Of a DNA stretch of 64,000 nucleotides, positions 1 to 10,931 are shown one piece after another. Under the pieces are notes generated by a model. The model worked only from the letters and a program-made list of their open reading frames with translations, searched no databases and was not told the DNA's origin. The translations under genes and the position numbers were made by a program. Location: contig NC_081391.1 of the NCBI RefSeq assembly GCF_030684315.1, positions 20,048,629 through 20,112,628 on the forward strand, given 5' to 3'. Each line of letters begins with the position of its first letter. Position 1 is the stretch's first letter. This DNA comes from Stegostoma tigrinum (Eukaryota).

Positions 1-149
1 TGTTTTGTTGCCCAGCCGGCTTGGGGGGAAACTGAGCACGTTCTGGCCTTTTTAATTCGGCTTTCATATCTGCCCACTGCCACACGGTTATTACGGTGCT
101 GATGGTGACCATTCAGCCCATCGTATCCACCACCAACTCGCTGAGCGTT

Positions 150-704
150 TCACCTCTTGCCATTCTCCTGCACTGTCCCTGTAATCTCCATGTTATTCCC
201 TTTCAGATATCAGTCCTATTCCCTTTTGAATGCGTGAATTGAACCTGCCTCCAACACACTCTCGGACTATACATTTCACACCCTATCCACTCGCTGTGTT
301 GGAAGGTTTTTATTTTCGCAGATCACTTCAGCTTCTTTTGCCAATTTTAAACCTGTGCCTTCTTGCTCCTGACCCTTTCACAAATGGGAACATCGTGCCA
401 CTGTTTGTTCTTTCTGGATCCGTATTTGAGCCGTTTGCTTTCCAGAGAGAAAAGTCCCAGCTTCTCCAATATATCCTCACACCTGAAATTCCTCATTCCT
501 GTTGCCATTCCAGGAAGCCTCCTCTGCACTCTCTCCAGTACCTCCACTCTTTCCTTCAGTGTGATGTGCAGAATGAGACACAGTATTCCTGTTGGGGTCA
601 AACTTAAGCAGGTTCAGCATAATCACCTTGCTCTTGTACACTTGCCCCTACTAATAAAGCTCAGGGCGCTGCGAGCTTTATTAACCATTCGCTTGAACAG
701 TCCT
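150..704 (-). mobile_element. Old CR1 LINE fragment (3' part); copies at ~21457-22011 and ~45146-45700
   Basis: The minus strand gives LERVQRRLPGM...LEKLGLFSLESKRL, matching the CR1 ORF2 C-terminal region. Boundaries are approximate. Confidence 0.75.
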
Positions 705-2077
705 CAGAGATAATGGGAACTGCAGATGCTGGAGAATCCGAGAAAACAAAGTGTGGAGCTGGATGAACACAGCAGGTCAAGCAGCATCTTAGGAGCACAA
801 AAGCTGACGTTTTGGGCCTAGACCCTTCATCAGCAAAGGGGGTTTGGGGAAAGAATTCTGAAATAAATAGGGAGAGGGGTAGGCGGACCGAAGATGGATG
901 GAGGAGAAGGTAGGTGGAGAGGAGAGTATGGGTGGGGAGGTAGGGAGGGGATAGGTCAGTCCGGGGAGGATGGACAGGTCAAAGGGGCCAGGTGAGGTTA
1001 GTAGGTAGGAAATGGAGGTGTGGCTTGAGGTGGGAGGAGGGTCTAGGTGAGAGGAAGAACAGGTTAAGGAGGCTGGGATGAGCTGGGCTGGTTTTGGGAT
1101 GCAGTGGGAGGAGCGGAGATTTTGAAGCTGGTGAAAGCCACATTGATACCATTGGGCTGCAGAGTTCCCAAGTGGAATATGAGTTGCTGTTCCTGCAACC
1201 TATGGGTGGCATCATTATGGCACTGCAGGAGGACCAGGATGGACATGTTGTCACAGGAACGGCGGGGAGAGTTGAAATGGTGCACGACTGGGAGGTGCAG
1301 TTGTTTACTGCAAACTGAGCGTCGGTGTTCTGCAAAGCGGTCCCCAAGCCTCCGCTGTGTTTCCCCAATGTAGAGGAAGCCACGCCGTGTACAGCAGATG
1401 TAGTGTACCACATTGGCGGATGTGCAGGTGAAGATCTGTTTGATGTGGAAAGTCATCTTGGGGCCTGGGATGGGGGTGAGGGAGGAGGTGTGGGGGCAGG
1501 TGTAGCACTTCCTGCGGTTGTAGCAGAAAGTGCTGGGTGTAGTGGGTTTGGATGGGAGTGTGGAGCGAACAAGGACATCGCGGAGAGAATGGTCTCTCCG
1601 AAAGCAGACAATGGTGGGATAGAAAAATGTCTTTGGTGGTGGAGATGGATTGTAGATGGCAGAAGTGTCGGAGGACGATGCATTATATCCAGAGGCTAGT
1701 GGGGTGGTATGTGAGGACTAGGGGGATCCTCTTGGGGAAGTTATTGCGAGGGTAGTGTGTGAGGGATGAGTTGTGGGAAATGCGGGAGACACGATTGAGG
1801 ACATTCTCGCCCACTGCAAAGGGGGAAGTGGCGGTCCTGTAAGAACGAGGACATCTGGGATGTGCAGGAGTGGAATGCCTCTTCTTGGAGCAGATGGGGG
1901 AAGAGGCAAAGGAATTGGGAATAGGGCATGGAGTTTTTGCAGGAAGGTGGGTTGGAGGAGGCGTATCACAGGTAGCTGTGGGAGTTGGTGGGCTCGAAAT
2001 GGACATCGGTTTGTAGGTGGTTGCCTGCGATGGAGACAGAAAGTCCAGGAAGGTGAGGGATGTGTTGGAGATGGTCC
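705..2077 (-). mobile_element. Penelope-like element, 5'-truncated (RT C-terminus, GIY-YIG endonuclease, 3' terminal repeat), nested in CR1
   Basis: ORF 1064..1456 reads FTCTSANVVHYICC...FLYIGETQRRLGDRFAEH...LGTLQPNGIN (PLE GIY-YIG). IPLVLTYHP and PYSQFL motifs are frameshifted. Hammerhead-like motif at 806-833. Confidence 0.88.
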
Positions 2078-2660
2078 TTCCACCTTCAATGCTGTAATGC
2101 AAATACACCATGCAGTTCACTCACTCCTGCACCCTCTTTAGAAATGCACCTTTTATTTTGTATTGTCTCTACATGCTTTTCCCACCATTTTTTCTGTTTT
2201 GAACTTCATCTGCCACTTGCTTGCCGATTCCACCAATATGTCTGTGCCCTTTTGAGGTTCTACACCATTGTCCTCACTCGAAGTTTCTTATCATGTACAA
2301 ACTCTGAAATTGCATCCTTTATACCAGGATATAAGTCATTACTTTACTTTTGTAAAGCCTGGCTCCTCCCCATAACCCGTGGAACTCCACGACAAACCAT
2401 CCCCCTCGTCCAAAGAGCATCCATTAGCATCACTTATGTTTCCAGTAACGCAGCCAACTCCGTATCCCTGTCACTGCGCTGCCATTGATTACAGGGGCTT
2501 GAACATAGTTCACAAATCTAACGTGTGGCACTGTATTATATGTCTTTAGGAAGCCCACGTTGACCACACGAACAACAGCCCTCTCGCCTAACTCGTCAAA
2601 ATACTTGTGCTAGATAGCTAAAAGTGATTTTCCTTTTGAGGAGATCTGGCATGGATCTCA
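2078..2660 (-). mobile_element. Old CR1 LINE fragment (RT region), continuation of 150-704
   Basis: The minus strand gives degenerate YFDEL...VVNVGFLKTYNTVPHVRFV...IRSWLR...GVP, aligning to CR1 RT (DFQKAFDKVPH...GVPQGS). Confidence 0.65.
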
Positions 2661-3794
2661 AAAAAAAAGATTCATATTCATCCATATAACTATTATGCAA
2701 TTTTCTACTCATCTCCATTACTTCCTGTCTTCCACTCCCCAACATCACTCATGGAAATGACAGGCATCTACTCCATCACTTATCCCATTTGGAAACTGAA
2801 TGAAAAGCTGATGCAAAAGGACAATGCATCTAGAAGTTGTTGCCTCTTCTCAGTGTTCATAATTTATTGCAGCTACTAATTTCCAATTTCAAAACAATTT
2901 CTCACACAGATTTAAAATATCCACTCCCCATACAAGTCCCCTAACCGGCCATTTCCACATACATGCTGTATGTATTGCTGGGCTTCTATTCAAGCAGAGC
3001 TTCACAATGTTGGAGCTGTAAGAGTTTGCAAATAGGACCTCTCCTCAGCAATTTCTGTACCCTGTTCCCCTACTGAGAGCTTCACTTCAGACAAACAAGA
3101 GGTAAAGAAGTGACCCAAACAATGATTGGCTGCTGTGTATATAAAGCTATTGGGAGGCATGGAAGGGTAGGAGGAAGTAAGTAGTAGTTGCAGGGGGAGA
3201 GGTGGTGGGGTACAGAGTTGAAGAAGAAAGGCAGAAAAGCTTGGAATCCAACTCTGCCTCCTTTTATTATTCATCTGCTAAACCTCAGTCCCCAAAAAAG
3301 CAGAACAAATCCACAAGCTGCAGCTGGGAGGTTGGGGCAGCCCTTGCCGTCTGCAAACTTAGAAAGAGTTCACTTGACCCTTGCTGCTGTTGGAAGAAGG
3401 GCAAATGAGGACAGAGGAAGCACCTAGTGTCTAAAGTCATCCAGAGAGGAAAGTCATGTCACTAAGTGGTACACACCTGGAAGGCTAATGTAACACTAAA
3501 AAGGAAAGGGGAAACACCTCATTTACAAATTTGCCATGAAAAATGTATGTTCCATAGGTACATAAAATTTATGCTACCTTTGGAGGAAGATATCGAAGTG
3601 AGTGAAATTTCTATTGTGGATTTTTTCAGTCAAGTTTCCTGGTTAGCTGTTGGTAATTTAGTTAGCTTAAAAAACAAAGATCCAAAATCCAGTTCCACAA
3701 AGACTTGTATTTCCATTTGGAATGGCAGACAGAAAAAGGCAAAGTGGTCATCAGAATTAGGTCAGGAATGGATAAATTTCCTCTATAACCCCAT

Positions 3795-6700
3795 TCAGCT
3801 GAGTGTGAGCCTGTCAAACAGGTACTCTCCCATGCCATTGTCAGGAGCTCCCAGTCTCTTCAGGTTGGTGATGTGATCTCCCAGCTTCTTGATCATCTTC
3901 ACTTGCTCATCCAGGTAGTGCCTCTCCAGGAAGTCACACAGCTAGAACAGTCAGGTGCAGAGCTGGTTAGTGTGGAGGGGAACCGACAATTTGAATTGAA
4001 AGTGCCTTCCCCTCCCCCAACACCCCCAATTGATTCAGGCAAGTCGTGATACAAACACTTCTAGCTGAAGAGAAGTGAAATTTACTGAGTGGCAAGTCAC
4101 TATTTTTAAATTGCACAAATTAAGCTTCAGATCCATGGAATCACCACTTGCTCTTGGAGGGGGTGGGGTGAGGAAGAATTGATTGAAGCCAATTTTTCAT
4201 TCATTCATGTCCTAAAGCCACAGCCCCAAGCCCAGTGATTTTCAAAAATGCAGGAGGAGCACACATTCTCCATTTCTGTCTGAACAGCTCTACATATGGG
4301 GCTTCCAATTGGTTTTGTTCAGGGTCAGCATAAAAAGAACCAAGCTAAAAGCAAAGCAAACATTCCCTTGACAGTTCAGCAAGCCAGATTTTTCCTTATC
4401 AACAAGAAAACTCACTTTAACACAGGGTCTAGTGTCTGGAGAGACTGTACACTCGGACATGATGAGACCCCATGGTGTTAGGGTAGGACATGAAAGAGAA
4501 GACCGTCACCTATCATTTAGCCGCCGTCCAGAGAAAGGGAACGTTCAGGACATCAACTTAGCTGTCATGTGACCCTCGGGACAGATGGTTTGTTTTAAGG
4601 GAAACAGTGAAGCCTGCACTCAGCACAGAATGGAAAGGAGACCTCTCTAAAAGACAGGTTTCTATGGAGTGAGAGCTGAAGGCTCGAGGGAACCCATGGA
4701 ATTCCTGGCTGCAGAGGGTTGTTGGGGGTCAGGTAATTCAAGCATAAAGGCTGAGAACGTTAAATTCAGAAATCCTTCACTTTCCAGCCTTATCCCCTTG
4801 AATGAGGAGGATTCAGATCAACCATGATCGGAATGGCTAAAGAAACCTGATGGGCCGAGTGGCCTACTTAGAGTGAAGGGTAGGTGAAGCAGCATTCTCA
4901 GGTAAAAGAGATTGATGTAAAGGCTGAACAGCCAAGTAGGGGAGATAGAAGTACACAGTCATTTTAACAAAACTTCCATCACTTGGGTGAAACAGGAATA
5001 AAGAACTCACATGAGGGTCCGTGTGGCCAGAGGCTAGTTTGTGCAGATCCAGCAGACTCTGGTTCACATCCTTCTCCATCTGCAGAGCTCTCTGCATTGC
5101 CTCCAGACCATTGCCCCACTCATCCTGCTCTGGCTTCTGGAGGGAAGCAAAAAAGGAGATGCTTCACCCATGTGAATAATGAAGTGCAATGCAGTGAGAT
5201 GAGACTGCAACTAGGAACTAGTATGCCATATAGCATTACACCAGCTGAATTCAAGCATCAAATCCATGTCTAGTTCAGGTAGCTGTAACGTAGGTGGCTT
5301 CACCAACCTTGATGTCCTGCAGGAGGACTCGACCTCCACGTTTATTCTGGAATGCCATCAGTTTCTCAGCGTGTTCCCGTTCCTCATGGGACTGCTCCTT
5401 GAAGAACTCAGCAAAGTGATGCAGGGCAACGTCATCCCGGTCAAAGTAAGAGAACTGTGGGGAGAAGAGGAGAATGCAACAGAATCAGGCAACCTCCAGA
5501 TCTCATGCGGTGAGAAATGCCACAGAGCCTGTATGGCTTATTTTCAGCTTCAATAAAGGTGGTGTACAAATGGCCTAGACAAGGGAAGAACAGGTTGAGG
5601 CAGTAGAGTTCAGAACTAGAGATCATAATTTATCAAGGTGAAGGTCATTTTTTTGATGACCTTTGGTGAGAAGCTTGGATTTTGATCCTGCATTGTCTTC
5701 TCCAACTGTGACTGCCATTTGAGTGTAGGGGAAAGGAGACAACCCCTCAGAAGGGAGGGAATTGACATGGGAGCTAGCATTGCAACTTGCACCAAACACC
5801 TCAGTAGCCATTACTTCCCAGATCTCATGAGAAGGAACACAACCCCAATGCTAGAAACAGGAATTTTATCCTCAACCCAAGTGAGGTCAGAGACCCTGTC
5901 ACCAAAAGCCCTTCGTCACTGAATGCCAGTTGAGACAAAAATCCATTGACTTCAGTAACATCAGCATCATGGATGATGAAGTGCAAAGCTGGATGAACAC
6001 AGCAGGCCAAGCAGAATCTCAGGAGCACAAAAGCTGATCTTTCAGGCCTAGACCCTTCATCAGGGCCCAAGATGTCAGCTGTGGAGCACCCAAGATGCTG
6101 CTTGGCCTGCTGTGTTCGTCCAGCTTCACACTTCATCACCTTGGATTCTCCAGCATCTGCAGTTCCCATTATCTCTGACTATCATGGATGAACCTAGCAT
6201 GAAGGCCAACACAACAGGAATATGCTCATTTAGACACAGGTAGAAAAGGGCTCAGTTGGTTTCACTAATGAAACACCCAATTAGCTTTAAAATCAATTCT
6301 AAGAAAGTTTGATGAAGGGTCTAGGCCCGAAACGTCAGCTTTTGTGCTCCTGAGATGCTGCTTGGCCTGCTGTGTTCGTCCAGCCTCACATTTTATTATC
6401 TTGGAATCTCCAGCATCCCATTATCTCTAAGAAAGTTTGTTCAGGTTTATGCATTATGAAAAAGTCATCCACAGGAAAACATAAGGAATCTTGGATTTAG
6501 TTCCAACATAAACCACTTCAGAATAAAACCAATGTTACAGAATATAAAGCAAATCAGTTAACAAGGCAACCAAGAATCCTTAAATCACTCAAGTGGATGA
6601 GTTTGAAAGAAAGAGGCAAAACATTCAAAAGCTAATTTGTTGACTTAACATATAGTTTTAAAAAGTTAACTGAAACATATGGGGCATCAACATGACTGAC

Positions 6701-6890
6701 ATATTGCCCAGCCCAGACAACCTCAGTGGGGCAGAGTGGAATGACAGGCAGGAAAAAAAAAAATGACCTTCAAAATCACTAGGCTCACCATGGAGAGATA
6801 AACATAGGAGGAATAGAGCTCCAGGTTGATCTGTTTATTAACAGCAGCCTCACAGTCCTTGTGGTAGTTCCGACACACTTGGGAGGCCAT
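3795..6890 (-). CDS. Ferritin subunit (heavy chain B / middle-subunit-like), copy A1, intact, 173 aa
   Basis: Exons 6789-6890, 5308-5454, 5011-5136, 3795-3941, all GT-AG phase 0. Protein [173 protein letters not shown]. Ferroxidase ligands are present. Confidence 0.96.
5977..6180. mobile_element. Inverted (hairpin) Penelope terminal-repeat insertion in A1 intron 1; copy at ~27265-27468
   Basis: Two opposed copies of the PLE terminus, flanked by the direct repeat ATCATGGATGA (5966-5976 and 6181-6191). Confidence 0.8.
6311..6425 (+). mobile_element. Short Penelope 3'-terminal fragment with target-site duplication (TSD), unit-1 specific
   Basis: Flanked by TCTAAGAAAGTTT (6298-6310 and 6426-6438). 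The site is empty in A2 at ~27586-27599. Confidence 0.85.
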
Positions 6891-6957
6891 CTTCACTATT
6901 CCTGCTCACTTTCACCTGGGCAACTCCAGAACTCAGCCTCTCAGCCACAAGCTCTTG

Positions 6958-7103
6958 TATTTAACCTCCTGGAACATCCTGCACTCAACCAGGGAATGAC
7001 ATCACCAATGATGATTGACAATCCCTGATAGCCAATCAGGCATCTCCATGAATGCAGGAGCCAATGAAGGGCATGGGGTGGAATGAGATCCCCAGAGCCA
7101 ATC
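6958..7103 (-). promoter_or_regulatory. Putative proximal promoter of ferritin A1
   Basis: TTAAATA TATA variant at 6958-6964, ~70 nt upstream of the ATG. TGACATCA at 6997-7004. CCAAT boxes at 7005, 7032, 7061 and 7099. Confidence 0.65.
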
Positions 7104-7739
7104 AGAGCTTTGGAACTGAGGCATATTTGGAACATTCAGTGATTGTCGCTGATGAACAGGAGGTGGATGTTCTGCCCTGTCCTGCCACCCAATTGTATCA
7201 AGCTTGGTCTGTTGCTTCCTTACGCTCTTCCTACATTGGTCCTGTGTTCCTGTCACACCATGAACGAACGAACATCCAACTGTCTCACATCTGAGCAGTT
7301 TATTTGTTCCCAATATTTCTGGGAAAAAGATTGCAGAGTTCTGAATCCTTTTCCTGAGGAAATGATTCCTGGCACCTGCCCTGGATGGCCACAGCATAAT
7401 GATGGCATTGTACTCCTTGGTCACGCTAAAATAATTTCTCTCCCTCTGGCTCCTCAAACCCGATTGTTATTTTCCAAACTTCAATTGTAGTCAGCCCTAA
7501 ATCTTCATTACCCAAGTGAATGCAAGTACACTCTTTGCAAATTGTCCTCACAATTTAAGCCTGTTAGTCCTGGGATCGTTCTGGTGAATGCACACTGTAG
7601 CGCGACGATGGTGTTGTTGCTGAGCTAGTCACAGAGAGGCTCGGATTAACACCACGAGGGCAATAAGTGCTGACCTTAGTCAGCAATGCCCTCGTCCCAT
7701 GAATGAACTGAAGAAAACTATCATCGATTGCCTTGGAAA

Positions 7740-7930
7740 TCAATCTGGTTCACTGATATCTTTCAGGGAAGGAAATGGACTCCACGGCCTGTATATGACT
7801 ACAGACCCACAGCAATATCACTGACTCCTAACTTGCGTCTGAGATGGTCAGAAACCTTTTAATTCAAGGGCAGTGAGAGAGGAGCGACAGGGCTTGGTCT
7901 TGCCAGTGACATTCTCCTCCATGAAATCAT
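7740..7930 (+). mobile_element. Degenerate SacSINE/DeuSINE-like SINE fragment; copy at ~28897-29085
   Basis: TCTGGTTCACTGAT...AGGGAAGGAAAT...AGACCCACAGCAAT...TGACTC resembles the shark SINE core. Recognised from memory, not from a search. Confidence 0.55.
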
Positions 7931-8029
7931 TTCAAAAACACTTGCTCCAAGGCCGATATATCAGAACTGAATACTGTTCTCCAGGTGGGGTTCACCCTAC
8001 ACTTTCCACCAGTGTAGCACAACCTTTCT

Positions 8030-8336
8030 GGTGGCTCGGTGATTAGTACTACTGCCCCGGAGCGCCGCAGACCTGGGTTCAATCCCATCTTCGAGTGGCC
8101 GTTTGTGCATTCTCCCTGGGGCTGTGTGGGTCCCCTTCAGAAGCTCTGGGTTCTTCCCACAGTCTAAAGATGTGCACATCAGGTGGACTGGCCGTGCTAT
8201 GTTGCCTTTAGCAAGCAGGCTAGATGGGTTAGCCATGGGGAAATGGTGGGGTTACAAGGATGGGGTGGGCCTGGGTGCAATGCTCTTCTGAGGATCAGTG
8301 TGGGCTGAATGGCCTAGTTCCACACTGTAGGGATTC
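8030..8336 (+). mobile_element. tRNA-derived HE1/V-SINE-like element
   Basis: A box TGGCTCGGTGA, B box GGTTCAATCCC (8076-8086), V-domain-like TTCCCACAGTCTAAAGATGTGCA, and a CR1-like tail. Confidence 0.8.
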
Positions 8337-8884
8337 ACTGATTTATATTCCAGTTCCACTGCCTTGCAATGAACATTAAAATGCAATTAGCATTTTAAAA
8401 ACATCTCATTTACTCTCTACAAGTTGTTAATAATTTCTGCACGCAGATCCCCAAACACACTCTGCGCCTATTTAGCTCCTCGCACTACACTATTTCAGAA
8501 CACACTGATGTGTGTGTCTTGGTCTGAAGTACTCTTCCTCAGATTAAATTCTACTGGTCAATATTGTCTATTTGCTTTATTAGTGCCATCTGGTTCTGTG
8601 TGGCAGAGGCAGGTTTATTATTGGCAGTGTTCAAGAGGCACTGGGTAATTAAACAGGAACAACTTGCCAGTTTATAGGGAAAGGCAGAAGATTCACAGAA
8701 AGGGTAAAGTGCTCAGAAACCGAGTGCAAATGAGACAGTCTGATGGGCCGTCTTCTACAGTATGATAATGCTGTTGCGCTTCCATCAGGATGAGCTGGCT
8801 CACCTCCTCGGGAAACATGAAGACAACCAATATGAATGAATTAACTACCACTAGATCAAGGGCAGACTTTGAGACAAACCAAGA

Positions 8885-10221
8885 CATCAGTTGTTGGTAA
8901 AGTGTTGGAAAATGTTCCAAGAGATAGGATTTATAATCATCTAGAAAAGAATAATTTGATCAGGGATAGTCAGCACGGTTTTGTGAAGGGTAGGTCGTGC
9001 CTCACAATCCTTATTGCGTTCTTTGAGAAGGTGACCAAACAGGTAGATGAGAGTAAACCGGTTGATGTGGTGTATATGGTTTTCAGCAAGGCTTTCGATA
9101 AGGTTCCCCACAATAGGCTATTTACAAAATGTGGAGGAATGGGATTGTGGGAGATATAGCAGTTTGGATCAGAAGTTGGCTTGCTGAAAGAAGACAGGGT
9201 GGTGGTTGATGGGAAATGTTCATCCTGGAGACCAGTTACGAGCGGTGTACCGCAAGGGTCGGTGTTGGATCCACTGCTGTTTGTCATTTTTATAAACGGC
9301 CTGGATGAGGGCGTAGAAGGATGGGTTAGTAAATTTGCAGACGACACTAAGGTCGTTGGAGCTGTGGATAGTGACAAAGGATGTTGTAGGTTATAGAGAG
9401 ACATAGATAGGTAAGCTGCAGAGCTGGGCTGAGAGGTGGCAAATGGAGTTTAATGCGGACAAGTGTGAGGTGATGCACTTTGGTAGGAGTAACCGGAATG
9501 CAAAGTACTGGGCTAATGGTAACATTCTTGGTAGTGTAGATGAGCAGAGAGATCTCGGTGTCCATGTACACAGATCCTTGAAAGTTGCCACCCAGGTTGA
9601 CAGCGTTGTTAAGAAGGCATACAGTGTTTTAGCTTTTATTAATAGAGGGATCGAGTTCCGGAACCAAGAGGTTATGCTGCAGCTGTACAAAACTCTGGTG
9701 CGGCCACACTTGGAGTATTGTGTACAGTTCTGGTCACTGCATTATAAGAAAGATGTGGAAGCTTTGGAAAGGGTGCAGAGGAGATTTACTAGGATGTTGC
9801 CTGGTATGGAGGGAAGGTCTTACGAGGAAAGGCTGAGGGACTTGTGGCTGTTTTCGTTAGAGAGAAGCAGGTTGAGAGGTGACTTAATTGAGACATAAGA
9901 TAATCAGAGGGTTAGATAGCGAGAGCCTTTTTCCTAGGATGGTGACAGCGAGCATGAGGGGGCATAGCTTTAAATTGAGGGGTGAAAGATATAGGACAGA
10001 TGTCAGAGGTAGTTTCTTTACTCAGAGTAGTAAGGGAATGGAACACTTTGCCTGCAACAGAAGTAGATTCGCCAACTTTAAGTACATTTAAGTCGTCGTT
10101 TGACAAGCATATGGACGTACATGGAATAGTGTAGGTTAGATGGGCTTCAGATTGGTATGACATGTCGGCACAACAGAGGGCCAAAGGGCCTGTACTGTGC
10201 TGTAATTTTCTATGTTCTATA
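8885..10221 (+). mobile_element. CR1 LINE, 5'-truncated (RT fragment, 3' UTR, TTCTATG tail)
   Basis: [37 protein letters not shown] and LVRPHLEYCVQFWS in broken frames. Ends in TTCTATGTTCTAT. Confidence 0.93.
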
Positions 10222-10931
10222 AACATCTATCCCACGAGCTCCAGATTTAACCAGGAACTGGAAAAAACCAAACCCCATTCTCTTCAAGTCTGCTATTAGA
10301 AGGTCAGAGTAGAAGCTGATATCTTTTTATATCAGCTCACTAAAGCCTTAATTTAGGGAGGGTGGGGGTCTTAGCCTTTCTAAAAGAGAAATGACTTGCT
10401 GCCTGCCAGATGTAGTGTAAGGGAAGTCAGGTGCTGAGCAAAAAACCCTAAATAGATGCTTCAAATGTGGGAAGCCTCTGAACATCTGAGGGATGAGTCA
10501 AGCTTTCCTCAAAAAGTAAATAGACACCACAAGAGTGCTATTGACCTCTGGCTTTGAGAGTTGATTTCAATATTTTATCAGTACTGCTGCAACAGGGTGC
10601 AACATTTTGCTGAAGATAAACTTGGTTGCTCGTACTGCTGCAAACAAGGGGCAATTGCCCCATATATAGCCAAATGCTTGTCCACTCACTGACTCCAAGT
10701 ATCTTTGGACAGTCATCCCTGTTGACATTATCCAGCTGGTCCAAGGAGGTGGACCAAAGTCAGCAAACCATATCCATGTTGTTGGGAATGGACAAAATCC
10801 TTGGAAGATATTGGATAGGCTTTGGGCTGCAGAATTACAGAAAGCTAGACAGCTTTGGTTCAATGATTTTTATTTCATATTCCAGTACAAGCAAAAGAGA
10901 ATGCAAGGACCAAGTGATTGTAAAATCCCAC

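Noticed and set aside
230-2488. Dense overlapping ORFs of 60-145 aa (and 248 aa at 46320..47066)
   Set aside because: These are antisense or alternative frames of CR1 and Penelope debris. They recur only because the whole unit is duplicated.
2380-2660. Possible viral or transposase relic on the minus strand
   Set aside because: The translation aligns with degenerate CR1 reverse-transcriptase motifs continuing the LINE that the Penelope element interrupts.
3125-3145. ATTGG plus TATATAAA on the plus strand, suggesting an antisense promoter
   Set aside because: The CCAAT-TATA spacing (~10 nt) is too short and no downstream exon or ORF is recognisable.
3795-3797. TGA stop as possible selenocysteine or readthrough
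   Set aside because: It falls at the normal ferritin C-terminus, an in-frame TAG follows within four codons in A1, 3' UTRs are not conserved between types, and no SECIS is evident.
8030-8100. tRNA gene
   Set aside because: The A and B boxes belong to a SINE head followed by a SINE core and tail, and there is no cloverleaf.
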